From the human T2T-CHM13v2.0 reference genome, Homo sapiens, in the NCBI RefSeq assembly GCF_009914755.1, contig NC_060925.1: 64,000 nt of DNA. One strand, written 5' to 3'. Below the pieces are notes generated by a model. The model made no database searches. It worked only from the letters and a program-made list of their open reading frames with translations, and was not told where the DNA came from. Of the stretch, positions 38,401 through 52,756 are shown in pieces (the first letter of the stretch is position 1; each line of letters begins with the position of its first letter). The position numbers were made by a program, and so were the translations under genes.

Positions 38401-40368
38401 TAGCACTATGAACTGACAACCAGACGATCAAAGTGAGACACCACTTGTGCCATATGTCTGAAAGCTCTTCATCAGAGATACAAAGCTGAAAGGAAGGTTG
38501 TCTCTAGATTTTTCTTGCTCAGGAGTATATGGGTAAATGATGAACTCTTACAAAAAGAAGCCCTCTAAGGCACTAGCTGATGTGACCTCATGTGTCAAAC
38601 CAAATTAAAGGCCCATAGAGTGAGGGTCAGCTCTGATGTCTGTACAATTTAGAACAGCAAATAGACATCAGGTTCTCCTTGTGAAGTCTCATCCAGGTCA
38701 CCTATAAACCATAACAAAACATCAAATAACAATAGTTGGTAGGTCCTCAGTAAAGATTTGTTGAATTGGTCTGAGGATAGGGGAATTAACAAGAAGTCAG
38801 TGAAGAGCTGGTCTACCTCTTTAACATTGGACAGAGTGGAGAAATAACAACTTTAACAAATCACAAAGTCAAGGCCCAATTAGGCAAAATAGAATGGCCT
38901 CTTCTGAAACTCAGGTGTAAAGTGCATTGCCATGATTACATAAGGAATCATGGAGAATTTCAAACAGGGAAGCCTGTTTTATACAGAATTTGTTTCTCTA
39001 CTGAAATGGTTAGCTTTGACTGTGTAGTGTTGACTACAAATTACATGTTAAGAACAGATAGTATTATTAAACATCTAGCTATCTATATATTTGGGAACTC
39101 AAAATGGAAAGAATCAGTTATCTGTGATGTCCTGAAGTAGCACTGATACATAGAAAGAAAAACATCATGAAAAATAGATCCATAAATCTAAAGTTGTGAT
39201 ACAGAGAGAATACATTTTTATGACTTCATTCAACCAATAAGGAAAAATTACGTTTTCTTCAATATAGGCTACTTTTTTTTGAGATCATCATAAAATAAAA
39301 TTGCTACTTTTTGTTATGTATTTACTTACAATAATAGAAATATAAGTCAAATGCATTATGAACATCATTTTTTAAGTGAGAAAGGTACTTTTTGCACCTG
39401 GCAGTAACAAGATGTTAGGACTTTGCTTTGCAATAGTAAAATAGAAAAGGATTTTGTAAAATTCTGAGTTAGACACTATTGTTTCCTAAAGGGAAATACC
39501 ACTAACTACTATCAGTGGTCTCTTCTCAGGAGTTAGAAAGGAAAAATTATATACTGTGAAAGAAGAGAAAATTTATTTCTCCATGGTTGGTCAAGACTAG
39601 AATTCTCTACAGAGAGAATCTTTCTGGGGGGAAAAAAGTATTTTTATGAGCTGGAAGCAATGGAGAAGGAAGCAGAGAAGCAAACAAAACAAATGACAAA
39701 TGCATTTTGAGTTGGTGGTTCTAGCAGGCTGGTACTTAGTGTGATTCCCTATTCTGTCTCCAGCAATACAAAAGCTGGGTCAGTCTTTCAGCACTTGATT
39801 CGGGCTTCTGACTGCACTAGACCTGATGTTGCAAACCAGCTGCACCAAATTTATATTGTGTTTTCTATAGAGTGAGCTGAAGCAATTTGGTTCCAAGTGC
39901 CATTCTTCATGTGCTTAATTATTTTGACATTATTTTCAGAACTTTATGTTCATTTCCCTTTAGAACCAGCGCACTCTCACTGCAGCATAAGCATAGCATT
40001 TAAACTAGGTTTCCAATTAGTCTGCATCTTTATGAATAACTTGTCTTGCTCTGCCTAAATTATTCAGCTTAGAGTTGTTTCTGAAATCATGGATTATTTT
40101 TAAATTAATTGCATAATAGTGCCAAGCACAGGGCCTAGCATATGGCAGACAATTAATAAATGTTTGTTGAACAAATAAATGAGTTTCACTTCAGTCTTGG
40201 ATTTTGGCCTACCTTTTCACAATGTTAACCAAATAAACTGCATTGTATTGGATGTGAAGCCACCTACATTGATACTGGTATTTGATTCATAAAACTTGCT
40301 TTGATTCATGGTTTAAGGATTTGAATTGGGAGTAAGAAGAAATTGGTATCTAGCTATTCACTTACTGG

Positions 40369-40849
40369 TATGATGGTTATTTTTACCTGTCAAGTTCACT
40401 GGGCCATGGGGTCCCCAAATTAAATATTATCCTGGATGTGTCTTGGAAAGATGTTTCCAGATGAGAATAGCATTTAGATCAATGAACTGAGTAAAATAAA
40501 TTGACCTCCCCAGTGTGGGTGGGCACCATCCAATCCATGGAGGACCTGAAGAGATATAAAGGTGGAGGAAGGAGGAATTCACCACCCACCCCCACCCCCT
40601 GCCAACCATTTTTTTTTCCTCCCTCAATGGTTGAGCTGGGACATTTAATCTCATTTACTCCTGCCCTCAGACTGGGTTTTATACCATTGGCTCCACTGGA
40701 TATTATACTTTCAGAATCAGAGTGACTTATACAACTGGCTTTCCTGGGCCCCCACTTTCAGAAAACACATTGTGGAAATTCTCAGCCTCCATAATTGTGT
40801 GGGCCAATTCCTACTGATTGTGCTTCTCAAGAGAATCGTGACCAATACA
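40369..40849 (+). mobile_element. MLT2 (MLT2C/D-like) ERVL solo LTR
   Basis: 'tgatggttattttt..tgtcaa', 'gtgggtgggcaccatccaatcc', ends 'gaccaataca'. Confidence 0.85.
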
Positions 40850-41046
40850 GCTAACAATTGTTTATGTTGTTCCCTTCTGAACAGGAAAAGACCTGGACTT
40901 AAAGTTATACAACTTGGGAGTAAATATTGGCTTCTAGCCTTGCTATGTTACAATAACAGAGTTTTGTTATTTTTGAAATGGTAATAATGCCTGCCAAACA
41001 CCGTCGTTTTAAGATTTTAGGAGATCACACACACACACACACACAC

Positions 41047-41544
41047 AGCAGTTATCTGTTGCTGTATATGAAAACACCCAACATGTAGTGACTTACTCAC
41101 TTTTGCTCACAAGTTTATGGAACAGCTGGGCAGTTCTGCCAATCTGGACCAGGCTGGACTGATTACAGCTAGGCTTTTTTCCATGGTCTTTGCCTGGTTG
41201 TTGGCTCACTCACATGACTGACAGTTGGCTGGCTGCCAGCTACAATGATGGGGTTAATAGGGTTATGTGTTTCTATCTGTTTTTCTACTTATCTCATAGT
41301 ATGGCAGATTTCAAGACAGAGAAAAATAAATGTCCCCAGTTCTCTTCAAAACAAAACTCTGAACTGGCATCATGTTTTTTCTGCCACGTTCTATTGGTGA
41401 AAGCAAGTCACAAGGGCAGCCAAGATTTGCAGAATGGGCAAACAGACTCTATCTCTTATCTGGAAGAACTACAAAGTCACATTGCAAAGTTTTGAGGACA
41501 AAGGGAGCATTAGAAAAATTGTACTCATTTTTGCAATCTACCAT
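41047..41544 (-). mobile_element. MLT1 (MLT1H-like) solo LTR
   Basis: 'ttctattggtgaaagcaagtcacaagggcagcc', 'caaagtcacattgcaaag', ends 'tttttgcaatctacca'. Preceded by (CA)n at 41026-41048. Confidence 0.75.
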
Positions 41545-41849
41545 AATATAAAAAATTGTTAGGATATGCATAAGGGCAATAAATCAGATTTTTTGTTATT
41601 ACTGTCCTGCAACCTCTCTACTTCCTTATTATACTTTTTCTTTCACTCTCACCTTCATTTTTTGTTTGCAATTTCATGGTTCTAACAAAAGAGGATGCTT
41701 AGTATTGATTAACAAAATGACTCTAGTTATTTCCTGTCAGTCCCCCAACCTATGTATATCAAGAAGTAATCACAAGGGATTGCTTTTGCAAATTTCTTGA
41801 ATCTTGCAGTTTCTGAATCTTTCAGTTCCCTATTGCAACCAAGGAAGGT

Positions 41850-42030
41850 ATAGTAGCATCATGGTTAAAGAAACAGTCTCTAGACTATTTTGTTTTTGAA
41901 TTATGACTCTATCAATTTGGAACTATGTGACTTTGTGCTAGGAGGTTTATCACTTTGGTACCTCAGTTTTCTTGTCTGTGAAATGGAGTTAGTGAGATAC
42001 TAAAAAGATTAAATGAGATTGTACACTATA
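41850..42030 (+). mobile_element. MIR
   Basis: 'cctcagttttcttgtctgtgaaatggag..agattaaatgagat'. Confidence 0.7.
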
Positions 42031-42325
42031 TATATGTATATATGCCTAGTCTATAGTATGTGTGTGTGTGCACATATGTGTCTTTTATATTTAAGTAATT
42101 AATTTGTTTCAGTGAGACATAAAATCATAGGAATTCTGGCCTCCCTGGTGATTAGCAGATAACAAGGCAAAGCTATTGCAGGGTGGCTGATCAGGCTCCC
42201 TCATTATCTCATACTGCCTCTACCCCCTAATCTCTGACTATGTACTGCATGTTATTGACTTTGGAGTTAAACCCAAATAGACAAAATCCAGGCATGTTAA
42301 ATCTACACTTTATTTTAAAGAAAAT

Positions 42326-42607
42326 GTTAGGCACATGAGAGGCATTTGGGAGGCTGAGGAGGGTGGATCACCTGAGGTCAGGAATTTAAGACCAGCCTGG
42401 CCAATATGGTGAAATCTGGTCTCTACTGAAAATACAAAAATTAGCTGGGAGTGGTCCCGGGTGCCTGTAGACAGAATTGCTGCTTGAACCTGTGAAGCAG
42501 AGGTTGAAGTAAGCCGAGATCGCATCATTGCACTCCAGCCTGGGCGAGAGAGCAAGGCTCTGGCTCAAAAAAAAAACAAAAAAACAAAAAAAACAAAAAA
42601 CAACAAA
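42326..42607 (+). mobile_element. AluS with two internal deletions, followed by (TA)n
   Basis: 'ggatcacctgaggtcagga', central 'tactgaaaatacaaaaattagc', (A7C)n tail. Confidence 0.9.
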
Positions 42608-43027
42608 ATATATATGTGTATATATATATATATATATATGAAGTCGGTACTCTTACTCTTAGCACAGGTACAGCTTGGGGAAACAATGAAACCTGCTGGA
42701 ACATTATTTCTTCCTGTGTATATCAAGACAACCTAAGAAAGAATTGGGACTCCGGCGATTTCAGTTTTAAAACAGAAAGAAAAGATAATTCCTATAAAAA
42801 AAACTCACTCTAAACAAAATTACACTTATATTTTTGCCAGCATTTTATGTATGCAGTACTCCTTGCTATTGTTAAATAAAGAACAATAAACAAAACCTAA
42901 CCATGATTCCTTAACTGCCATATATTTTTACCCGCTACTACACTTCTGAGAAAAAGCATATGGCGAAGTCAGACCTCATGACTAAATACCCTTCAGAGGC
43001 ACATAACTACATTTAAAGACATTTCTA

Positions 43028-43092
43028 AGAAAGGAAGGAAGGAAGAGAAGGAGGAAGCAAGAGAGGAAGGACAGGAGGGAGGGAGGAAGAAA
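43028..43092. repeat. GA-rich / (GGAA)n tract
   Basis: Read directly. Confidence 0.8.
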
Positions 43093-43354
43093 ACAAAAAA
43101 TCAGGAACAGAAGTTGTACCTCAATGTATTCAGCAAAATTTGAATTCTGCCAGACTCTTCCTTGTATTATTAGTATGTGAAACAACTAACTGATCTAATG
43201 CTGTTTACCGTCAAGTCACCTCTTCCTCTCACTTTGCATCTCTGACAAATACTAGCCTATTCACAAGTAACTCCATGATTAGCAATTCCAAGACAGCCCT
43301 GTGACCCTGTTTTCAGATTGCTTTTGAAGAGTAGCTGATAAAAATAGTAGAAAT

Positions 43355-43560
43355 TATGACTATCATTTCCAAAAGGACTTCTCTATATGCCTGACACTAT
43401 TCTAGGCATGTTACTTATATCATCCTCGTTCCTAACAACTCTCTGACAAAGTAGATATTATTCCTACTTTGCATATAGGAGAGGTTCAAGTTGGCAGCTG
43501 TTAAGAGGAGGATCTAGGATTCAAATATAGATCCCTCTCATTCCAGACCTTGTGCTTTTA
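43355..43560 (-). mobile_element. MIR
   Basis: 'tatgcctgacactattctagg..ctaacaactct..ggattcaaat'. Confidence 0.6.
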
Positions 43561-44569
43561 GTGTGAAAATAACTTGAACACTGACATGGTATTTCTCTTT
43601 AGACTTTTTTTGTTGCCGTTAAAATACATTTTGTTGATGTTAAATACATTCATTTTTTGTCTTATCCAGAGCATTCAGTCACGTTTGTTGCCCTCTTGTT
43701 AACTCTCTCCACATTCTCTGCATCACTCTTTTAATAACTGGACCCTGATTGAACATAGCACTCTATCTACCCTATAATAAGTAAAGAGTAGATAATCTTA
43801 TGTTTTCAACATGAAATGTTCTTTTAATATTCCTCCATTTACAATAGCAATCCCACCTCCCAAACCGCCATTAGCACAACCTTAATTAACATCTATTTAA
43901 AGCAGTAAAGCAAGGTCCATGAAATAGATATTGAGCTATTGTTAATCACTCACAATTGGGTACTCACCTAATTAGAACAAATACTAAAATATATAATCTA
44001 GTTCCCTTATTTCTTTCCTGGAAAAATCAATGAAAAGTACATTTTAAAAGTAAGATAAATTTGTATTCTTCCTGATGTTCTAACTATATTAATGCCAGAT
44101 CTAAGACTATTAATTAAGACTGACAAAATGTATTTTTCTAAAAGTTTTATAATCCCTGATAACATCCCATTTGTTCACATTGTTTGAGGTACATTGAAAA
44201 AAATAAGATCTTATTATCCCAGTTTCTAGGGTCTATTGTTTTATTTTCATGCAAACATAGTACATAATTAAATAATGTATTTTGCCTAAAAGTTATTTAG
44301 AAAATCGTTAGTATACGCTTTTGAGAAAAATTTCACTTTTCAAGAAAATAAAATTGGATAATACAAATAACCCAGAGGTTAGACGCCAAAGGCAAACTGG
44401 CACTGCTCTGCCACATGGCTCAAATGCAGCATAAAATATGTTTTAAATATAACCATGTAAGAAAGCACATCCTTATATAATTTGGGAGCTATATATACTC
44501 TTTTGGGAATTAATTATCAAATTATAAATGATCTCTTTCTACAGAAAGATGCATTTAAACATCTATTTT

Positions 44570-45310
44570 AAAAATGATTAGGGAAAATCACTACTCGTGC
44601 CAAGCAAAGAACTCCTAGCTTTGACTAAGGTAAAAGTCATTGATACATTAAGGTGTTGATAATGCCATTAGAAAGTTCTTAGGTTTTAATAGGTTGCATT
44701 TAGTTTACTGATCAGCTAAGTAGGAAATATAAAGGCATATTGCAAGTCTTTGGCAGTGAGTGTGAAGTGCTTTGTTTCATTCAGAGTAGTCTTGAACTCT
44801 ACTCTGTTAAACATCTTCATAAATGATATGCAGTTGGTTGTTAATAACATTATTTAAATTCTCAGATGAGAGAGTATATCAAGCAATAAGACATCACATA
44901 ATAGTACAAAAAGCCTAGAATAAATGGCCTGAAATTAATCAAATGAGATTTAATCTGGAACTGCAAAGGCCAGTATTTGATTAAAAAACAGATCCAATAA
45001 AAGTTGAAGTAAAATTAAAAATCAGTTTCAATAAAGAGATATTTTGAATAGTTAATATAAAGTTGATTTGATATTCTGTAATGGAGTTTGAGAAAATGTA
45101 AGCTGTTTTTAAAACAGGAATGAACTTGAAGTTCTTATAGTAATCATCACCTAGAAAATTTGAGTGCCAGCTGACCACATTGGGAAAGTTGAAATGCTGT
45201 GTGCATATCTGTGCCTCAGCAAAACTTCTATGATCATCAGACACTCATCCAATAGAAAGAACAAGGGGTCCCATGAAGAATCCTTGAAGATAATTGAGAA
45301 AAAAAAAAAA
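44570..45310 (+). mobile_element. L3/CR1 RT-region relic
   Basis: 'tctgttaaacatcttcataaatgat', 'aatcaaatgagatttaat..tgcaaagg', 'gaaatgctgtgtgcat' resemble CR1 3' ORF2. Confidence 0.5.
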
Positions 45311-45325
45311 AGTACAGCTGGCTGA

Positions 45326-45649
<324 letters not shown>

Positions 45650-46845
45650 GAGACCAGACTTAGGATTAATTTCAACACATCCTTCAAAGGCACCAGGGCT
45701 TTCTAAAGAAATAATACAAATTAAAATTATTGAAAATAAAATCAAGAGAGCAAAAAGTAGTGGCTTAGATAGAGGAATATAATTTTGATTGTGATACAAC
45801 AGGCTGCTTCTTCATTTGCAGAGTTGGGCATATTATTTGCAAATATTCCAGAGGATTTTATTTTAACCAGGACATTTAAACTACTCTTCATAAAGCAATC
45901 TCCACCCTTATTTCTGAAAAGATTTTACTATGTTTTTGGAGAAAATCTATTCACTTCAAAGTGCTTCTTTTGCAGTAGTCTTAGAGCTTTCACATTGTCA
46001 TTCTTTGAAGGACATGCTGAAACTCGAGTTACATAATTACAGCTTTACAAAATAAGTCCTCTATTTTGAGATTCTTAGTGGCGATTTCTTCTTACTAGTA
46101 TTAGAATAATGGAAACATAACATAGCTGCAGGTGACGATGTAAAATAGATACCAAACAATAATGTAATAAGGCTTTTCCATTTTTATCAAATGTGATTAT
46201 ATGCATTATCTCCAGAGCGGATTTCTCTTTTTCTGTCAATATAATTCCTGGAAGTGCTTGCTTTACAGGACTATAGAAGTGGGATCAGTTTGAGTTTCCC
46301 TATCATACCTGATTTAAGTGAATCAGTAAACATTGTACATCAAAAACATCTGTAGGATTATGAACAGTGAGCAAAATATAGTTCAACAGCTGCAAATATG
46401 CTTAGAATTGTGCTGCCATAAACACTCTAAAGTGTTCAGAATTACCACATCATTAGAGATATGTTAAAAGTAAGTATTTGTATGTGTTCCAAAGTTATCT
46501 TTTATTTCATCTCTAGAATTGAAAAAAAAAGATATATCTAATAAGTAGATACACCCAGTTATTGTGGTTCCTTCAAGGGTCTGTGTCCTTTGCCTACATC
46601 ATTAATAAGTTTCTGTGGTATATCAGATGTGGAAACAAAAGCTTTATTCTCTTTCTCCATTGTTATACTACTGATAAATGGTTTTATATTCTTAGCTTAA
46701 TTTTTATTTTAAAAATGTAGACTTCACTCTACTATATAAAAGTTATGATACTCAGAGTAATCAAAACCTAAAAAGTTCCAGTGGATAAATGAACATCTGG
46801 GAAACTTGGAATGCTATAAATAGTTTTGTGCCACAACAAAACCTG

Positions 46846-47270
46846 TGTCATGATTAATTTTATGAGTCAGGTTGACTGGACCGTGGTACCCAAATATTTG
46901 GTCAAACATTATTCCAGTTGTTTCTGTGAGAATGTTTTGAAATGAAATTAACATTTAATTGGAAATATTTTAAATAAAGTAGATTGCCTTTTATAATATA
47001 GGCGGGCCCCATCCAATCAGCTGAAGGCCAGAATAGAACAAAAGATTAACCTCTCCATGCAAGAGAGAACTCATGGCGAGCAGCCTTTGGTCTTTAACTA
47101 CAACACTGTTCTTTCCTGAGTCTCCAGCCTAGCAGGCTACCTTGAAGATTTTGGACTTGCCAACCTCCACAATCACATGAACCAATTTCTTAAGGTATAT
47201 CTCTTTCTCTCTCTCTATATATATACACATCCTATTAGTTCTATTCCTCTGGAGAACCTTGACTAATAAA
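46846..47270 (+). mobile_element. MLT2D-like ERVL solo LTR
   Basis: 'gattaattttatgagtcag..cccaaatatttggtcaaacattatt', ends 'gaaccttgactaataaa'. Perfect 5-bp TSD ACCTG (46841-46845, 47271-47275). Confidence 0.9.
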
Positions 47271-50200
47271 ACCTGCAGGACCATCAGGCAGTCACCCAAT
47301 AGAAGGATCAAGAGATCACATGAAGAATCCTATGAGAAGAGGATAATATAAAACATGAATGTCTTCTCAATTTCTGCATAATAACATAATTTTCAAATAT
47401 AAATTTACATATAAATCTATTTTATTTTCAGATGATGTTAGGTCTCCTAGGCATGGGAAAATATAGTTACTTGCTATAATTCCAGTATTCAATAAACAGC
47501 TTTTTAAAGTGTATAACCAAAAATTAAATTCGATTTACTAGTTCATTGCACATCATGTTGTCAAACCCCAAATTTGAAAGACCGATGCATAGAAGCATTT
47601 ATCCTGTGTATAGCAACAATTATCTAGTCGCAATTGTCTAATCGCATCCTGCCTTTTCAGTTATGTTTGTACATATTTGTCCCCCACTGGGGACAAATAC
47701 ACTGTCATGTCAGTATAATGTGGTGGTTATGAGTACCCATTCTGCAGCCACACTGGTGGAAAGATTAGGTAGCCTCTCAAACCTTCCAGTTCCTCATCTT
47801 CAGAATAAAAAGAAAAATCTCTACTTCACAGCATCATTATAAGGATAATGTATGCAATGTTCTTAACACAGCATATCGTAGAAATACAATTCTTGCTTTT
47901 AGTCTCTTTAAAAGGCAAGGATAGTGTCCTAAAAGAAAAGAATACATTTTCTTCCCATAGATTACCTGGTTTAGTGCTTTTTATATTGTCAACTAGTTGG
48001 TAACTATTGACAGTAGTTCCCAATTATTGTGTGTTGATGATATGCTAGATTGAATTTTTAAAACTGTCTCAAAATTCCTTCAACGTAAGTATCTTCATTT
48101 TTGGATGAGGAAGCTGAGGCTCTGATCACACACTGCTACTTAGCAGTAGAGGCAGCATTTAATTCAGTTCTAAATAAAAACTGTGCTCATTTTGCCTTGC
48201 AACTCATTGTCATTGCCTATTAGATGATTGGTAATAGACATTTGTTAGCTCAGAAGTCACATGGGAAGTTCCCATTGATCATGATATTCTGTCCTTTTAT
48301 TTCCTTTTCATGCTGCTTGACGATCTGGCTTTGTCACACTTTGGGAGCTAGAAGCCTGGCTATTCTGGCTTGTTAGACAGTGGAATAGAGTGAAAGGGAA
48401 GGTTATGAAAGTGTCTTCCCTGGTGATTCTTTTGAAGGGGAAATCCACTACCTATCCATTGAGCTTAATTTTTAGATTCATCATGCTTAGACAAGATACA
48501 AACTCATCATGGACAGCATCTATCTTTCAATGTCTGTTTCCAGGAAGCTGGAGATACATTTTGTTTGTTCTGAAGATTCTTTAAGCTCCTTAAGTCTAGG
48601 ATCTTAACGAAATAAGGAGCTATTAAGAAATTTCTCTAAATCTTTAAAATATTTTTCATTATAGTTAGTAAATAAACAGTATAGATGGAGAAATGTCTTC
48701 ATCTATACTGTTAAACATGTCTTCCAATTTTTCATAGAACACTTTCTTGCATGCATTTTAGTTACAGCATTGTTGCAGATTTTGTGTGAAAGGAAATCTT
48801 GAAAACATTATTCTAGTTCTAAATATTAATTCCAGTGGGCAGTGATTTCCTCTATTATCAAACACCTTTCAAATTCGAGGAAGTAAAACATTTGATTTCT
48901 AAGATGTGCCTAACAATGTTATCATTAAATTAACATCATTATCGTATATCTTAACTTAGCAAGCTCTGTTATGGAGTCTATAAACATCTTTTGCAACCAA
49001 AGAATCTGTTTTTCTCCAATACAGAATGTTGTCACCAAGTTAAAAGTGAAAGGACCCTATTATCATTGGGGAGATAGAGGATTATAACACTTTCCCATAT
49101 TCAGGGTAATAGCACTATTTTTTTAAAAACTTAACTTCTTTGGGCAATATTTCTGCCTTTTTGATTTTGTGAAATTATTTTACATTTTTAAGGGAAAGTA
49201 ATCATGGCATTGCCTGAAGTGTCACATCAGGTACATCCAAATGGCAAATGAATGTCGTTATAGTGCCCATTAGGGAACTCACTTTGATTAAAGAGGACAT
49301 CCATGCCCAAGGACAGCGGCTGTCATTAGTCTCCAGGCTGCAGCAACATCCTATTTGTGGCAGGGGATGGAGAAAGGCTTGTCCTATTGCACAGAAACAG
49401 GGGCTCTCTAGATCTTTGGAGATAAATAGACTTAGCTATGGAAACAGAACATTAAATTGAAAGGCAAGCCAATAAAAACAAAGCAACTTGAAGTATATCT
49501 GGGTCAATTTAAAATAAGTCCATTTCCCATTAGGCAATAAGAGAACAGAAGTCGAGGCTATTGACTCCTGTGCACTGAAATGGTATCAAACCAGGTGATT
49601 TTTCCCAGTTACGTGCTGACTGAGACAAGTCCACTAAGCAAGGGGTTGTCAAAGGCCAGGTCTGTATCCTCTATCTGTTCCTAGTGTTAGAAGGGCTTTA
49701 TCTCAGAACAAAATAGATTCTGAAACTTAAGTTACATTCTGTTATCACAGGAGACAGTTGATAACAATTGGGGTAGTAAAACATTCGTAATAGTTTTAAA
49801 GATGAAATGAGAAGAAAATAGTCTCATCAGTGAGATCCAAAATGAACTCCAAAGCAAGGACTTATGAAAATAAATTCTAGCTTAGCATTTAAAAAATTTG
49901 AAATTGACCTATTTTTATACCTCATTGTTTTTCTAATTAAAAAGGCATGAGATTCATTATCTATTATGAATAGAATCGCTCCATTAATTCAATATTCTAG
50001 TGAAATCTTAACATGTCTAATTGGCAGGAAATGTAAAGTTCAAAATTTGTGGACATGACAGCATGCTAGGGATATGAAATATCTCTCTCCCTACATTTGT
50101 TTCAGTTTCTCCAGAAAACCAGGCTAGCCTTCTTTTAATTGAACTGGAGAGGGAGGTAAAGAGAGGATGTCAGACCAATCCCAATGATAAGTGTCACATC

Positions 50201-51669
50201 CAATTGCCACCCTTACCAGAGGGAATAAAATTAGGTTAAGGGGACAGGTTCTGTATTTTTAAAAATTACCTGCCATGTATTTTTCCCCAAATGTCAGGTA
50301 GCAGCCTCTATTAGAGGTATACCATTAATCAAACTAATGAGAACTATGGATGTAACCATCCCTTAACAAAGACATAATGCCTCAATGGGGAAAAGAGCAG
50401 AATGCAAGAATTTTATGAAGTGGGCCTTCCTTTGTAAACATTTGTGTTTGAATCACACCATAGTGTCCAAATCAGGGCCTCCTGATCCTGACAACAGTGT
50501 TTAATGTTCCCTAACAGAGAGGGTCATAATACTGAATCAAAATCAGTTTTACTTATGGTTTTAATGGAAAAAATAACATTTGATTTGCCACAGTAAGGCA
50601 TTTCAAAGCCATTCTTAATGACCTAAATCTTACTGGTGATCCTTCAGGTTTTGAAGAAGCTGCTGAAAAGAGAGGAAGTATTTGTAGGAAACTACAATCC
50701 TGCCAACAGTGTTCACATGGAAGCTGTCCTTGACCCGTTTGCACGTATTGAAACCACTCTGAGTTCTCCTGCTTTATTGTTCAATCTAGACTAGCAGGAA
50801 TGGCATAAAATCAGGATACTACGCCTCAGGCTTGATAAGAAATTAGTTTCTCACCAGCCTTTTCAAACAGCTCAGGGTGACTTCAGTAGAAGAGAGAAGC
50901 AAAGAGTTTGGAGATTAAAGGAATGAGAGAAGTCAGATCACTAACACATGGTGACTGGCCTTGGCCCAACCCCAGGACAGAGATTGTCTTGTCTTCCTAG
51001 ACATCCTGGTGGACATCCTTGAACAGACAGGCCTGCCCAGGGGGACTATCCAGGATATAGTCAAGAAAGTGCCTTCTATAGGAGTTCAGATTTGCAGACA
51101 GAAATTATTTCAGGTTTTGAACATATATATTAAAATGTTTTCTTAGTATGAGTTAATCTGAGGTCAAGGCAAATAGAGGTTTAATGTTAGGAATAATAGA
51201 CAATGGTTCTTTTTCAAACCAATCAGAAATTGTTCTTAATAAATAATGACTTACATCATTTTAATTGCACAGTATGCAGTCACAAGGAAACATTTCCTGT
51301 GTTAATTTCTACATAGCGCTCAGAGAGTGTAGCTTAATTTTTGTTTTTATTTTTGATAAATAACTATAGAATTTTATATATCTACACAGAATATATTTCA
51401 TAAATAAGTGCATAAATATGAAAGCATAAATAGTAACCAATTTGTGCATAAATAAGAAGGCATAAATCATAATCAATTTAATAAGTAATTAAAGTTATTA
51501 TTATATTTAAAAATCAGATCTTGAGATGGGTAGGAGATGGTAAGAAAAAAGAAACAAAGTCCCACATAATGGACTCCATGAAGACTTTTGTTCTCAGGGG
51601 AAATCAGGCTGCCCCAATTTCTTCACCAAGTATCACCAAAATTAAGTAATACTAATGAAACTAAGTACT

Positions 51670-52250
<581 letters not shown>

Positions 52251-52504
52251 TCTCCTGCCAACCTGGAAGCCAGAAAGGTTGTTATTCTCTTCCTTACTCT
52301 AGGGCTGTCCTCTGAAGTTGAGCTGAATGGAAAGCAAGTTTCCCCCCCAACCTAATAAAAATTCTGCTCATAGAGAAGTGTTTAAATCTGATTCCTTTTC
52401 TAATACCAAGTACCTAGGAGTCCGATTAGCCACATCTATCTAACTCAACAAGAGGTCTTAACTACTTGTATGATTTATCTCCTTTGTTCTTCAGCACTAC
52501 AAAT

Positions 52505-52563
52505 ACCCACCCACCCACCCACCCACACACACACACACAAACACACACACAAACACACACACA
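52505..52563. repeat. (ACCC)5 plus interrupted (CA)n microsatellite
   Basis: Read directly. Confidence 0.9.
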
Positions 52564-52756
52564 TGCAGGTTATGGAAGTAAAAAGATTGCTGACACATTT
52601 TCTAGGAATTGTTTCCTGGGGGAAAAAATGTGAATAAATAGTAAAGCTGACTCTCTCATCCTCTGGTTTCACTTCATCCCATACCCTTGAAGAACCCAGA
52701 AATTCCACACATATTACTTTCTAGCTGTTCTCTCTTTTCTTTACCACCCTATATAT

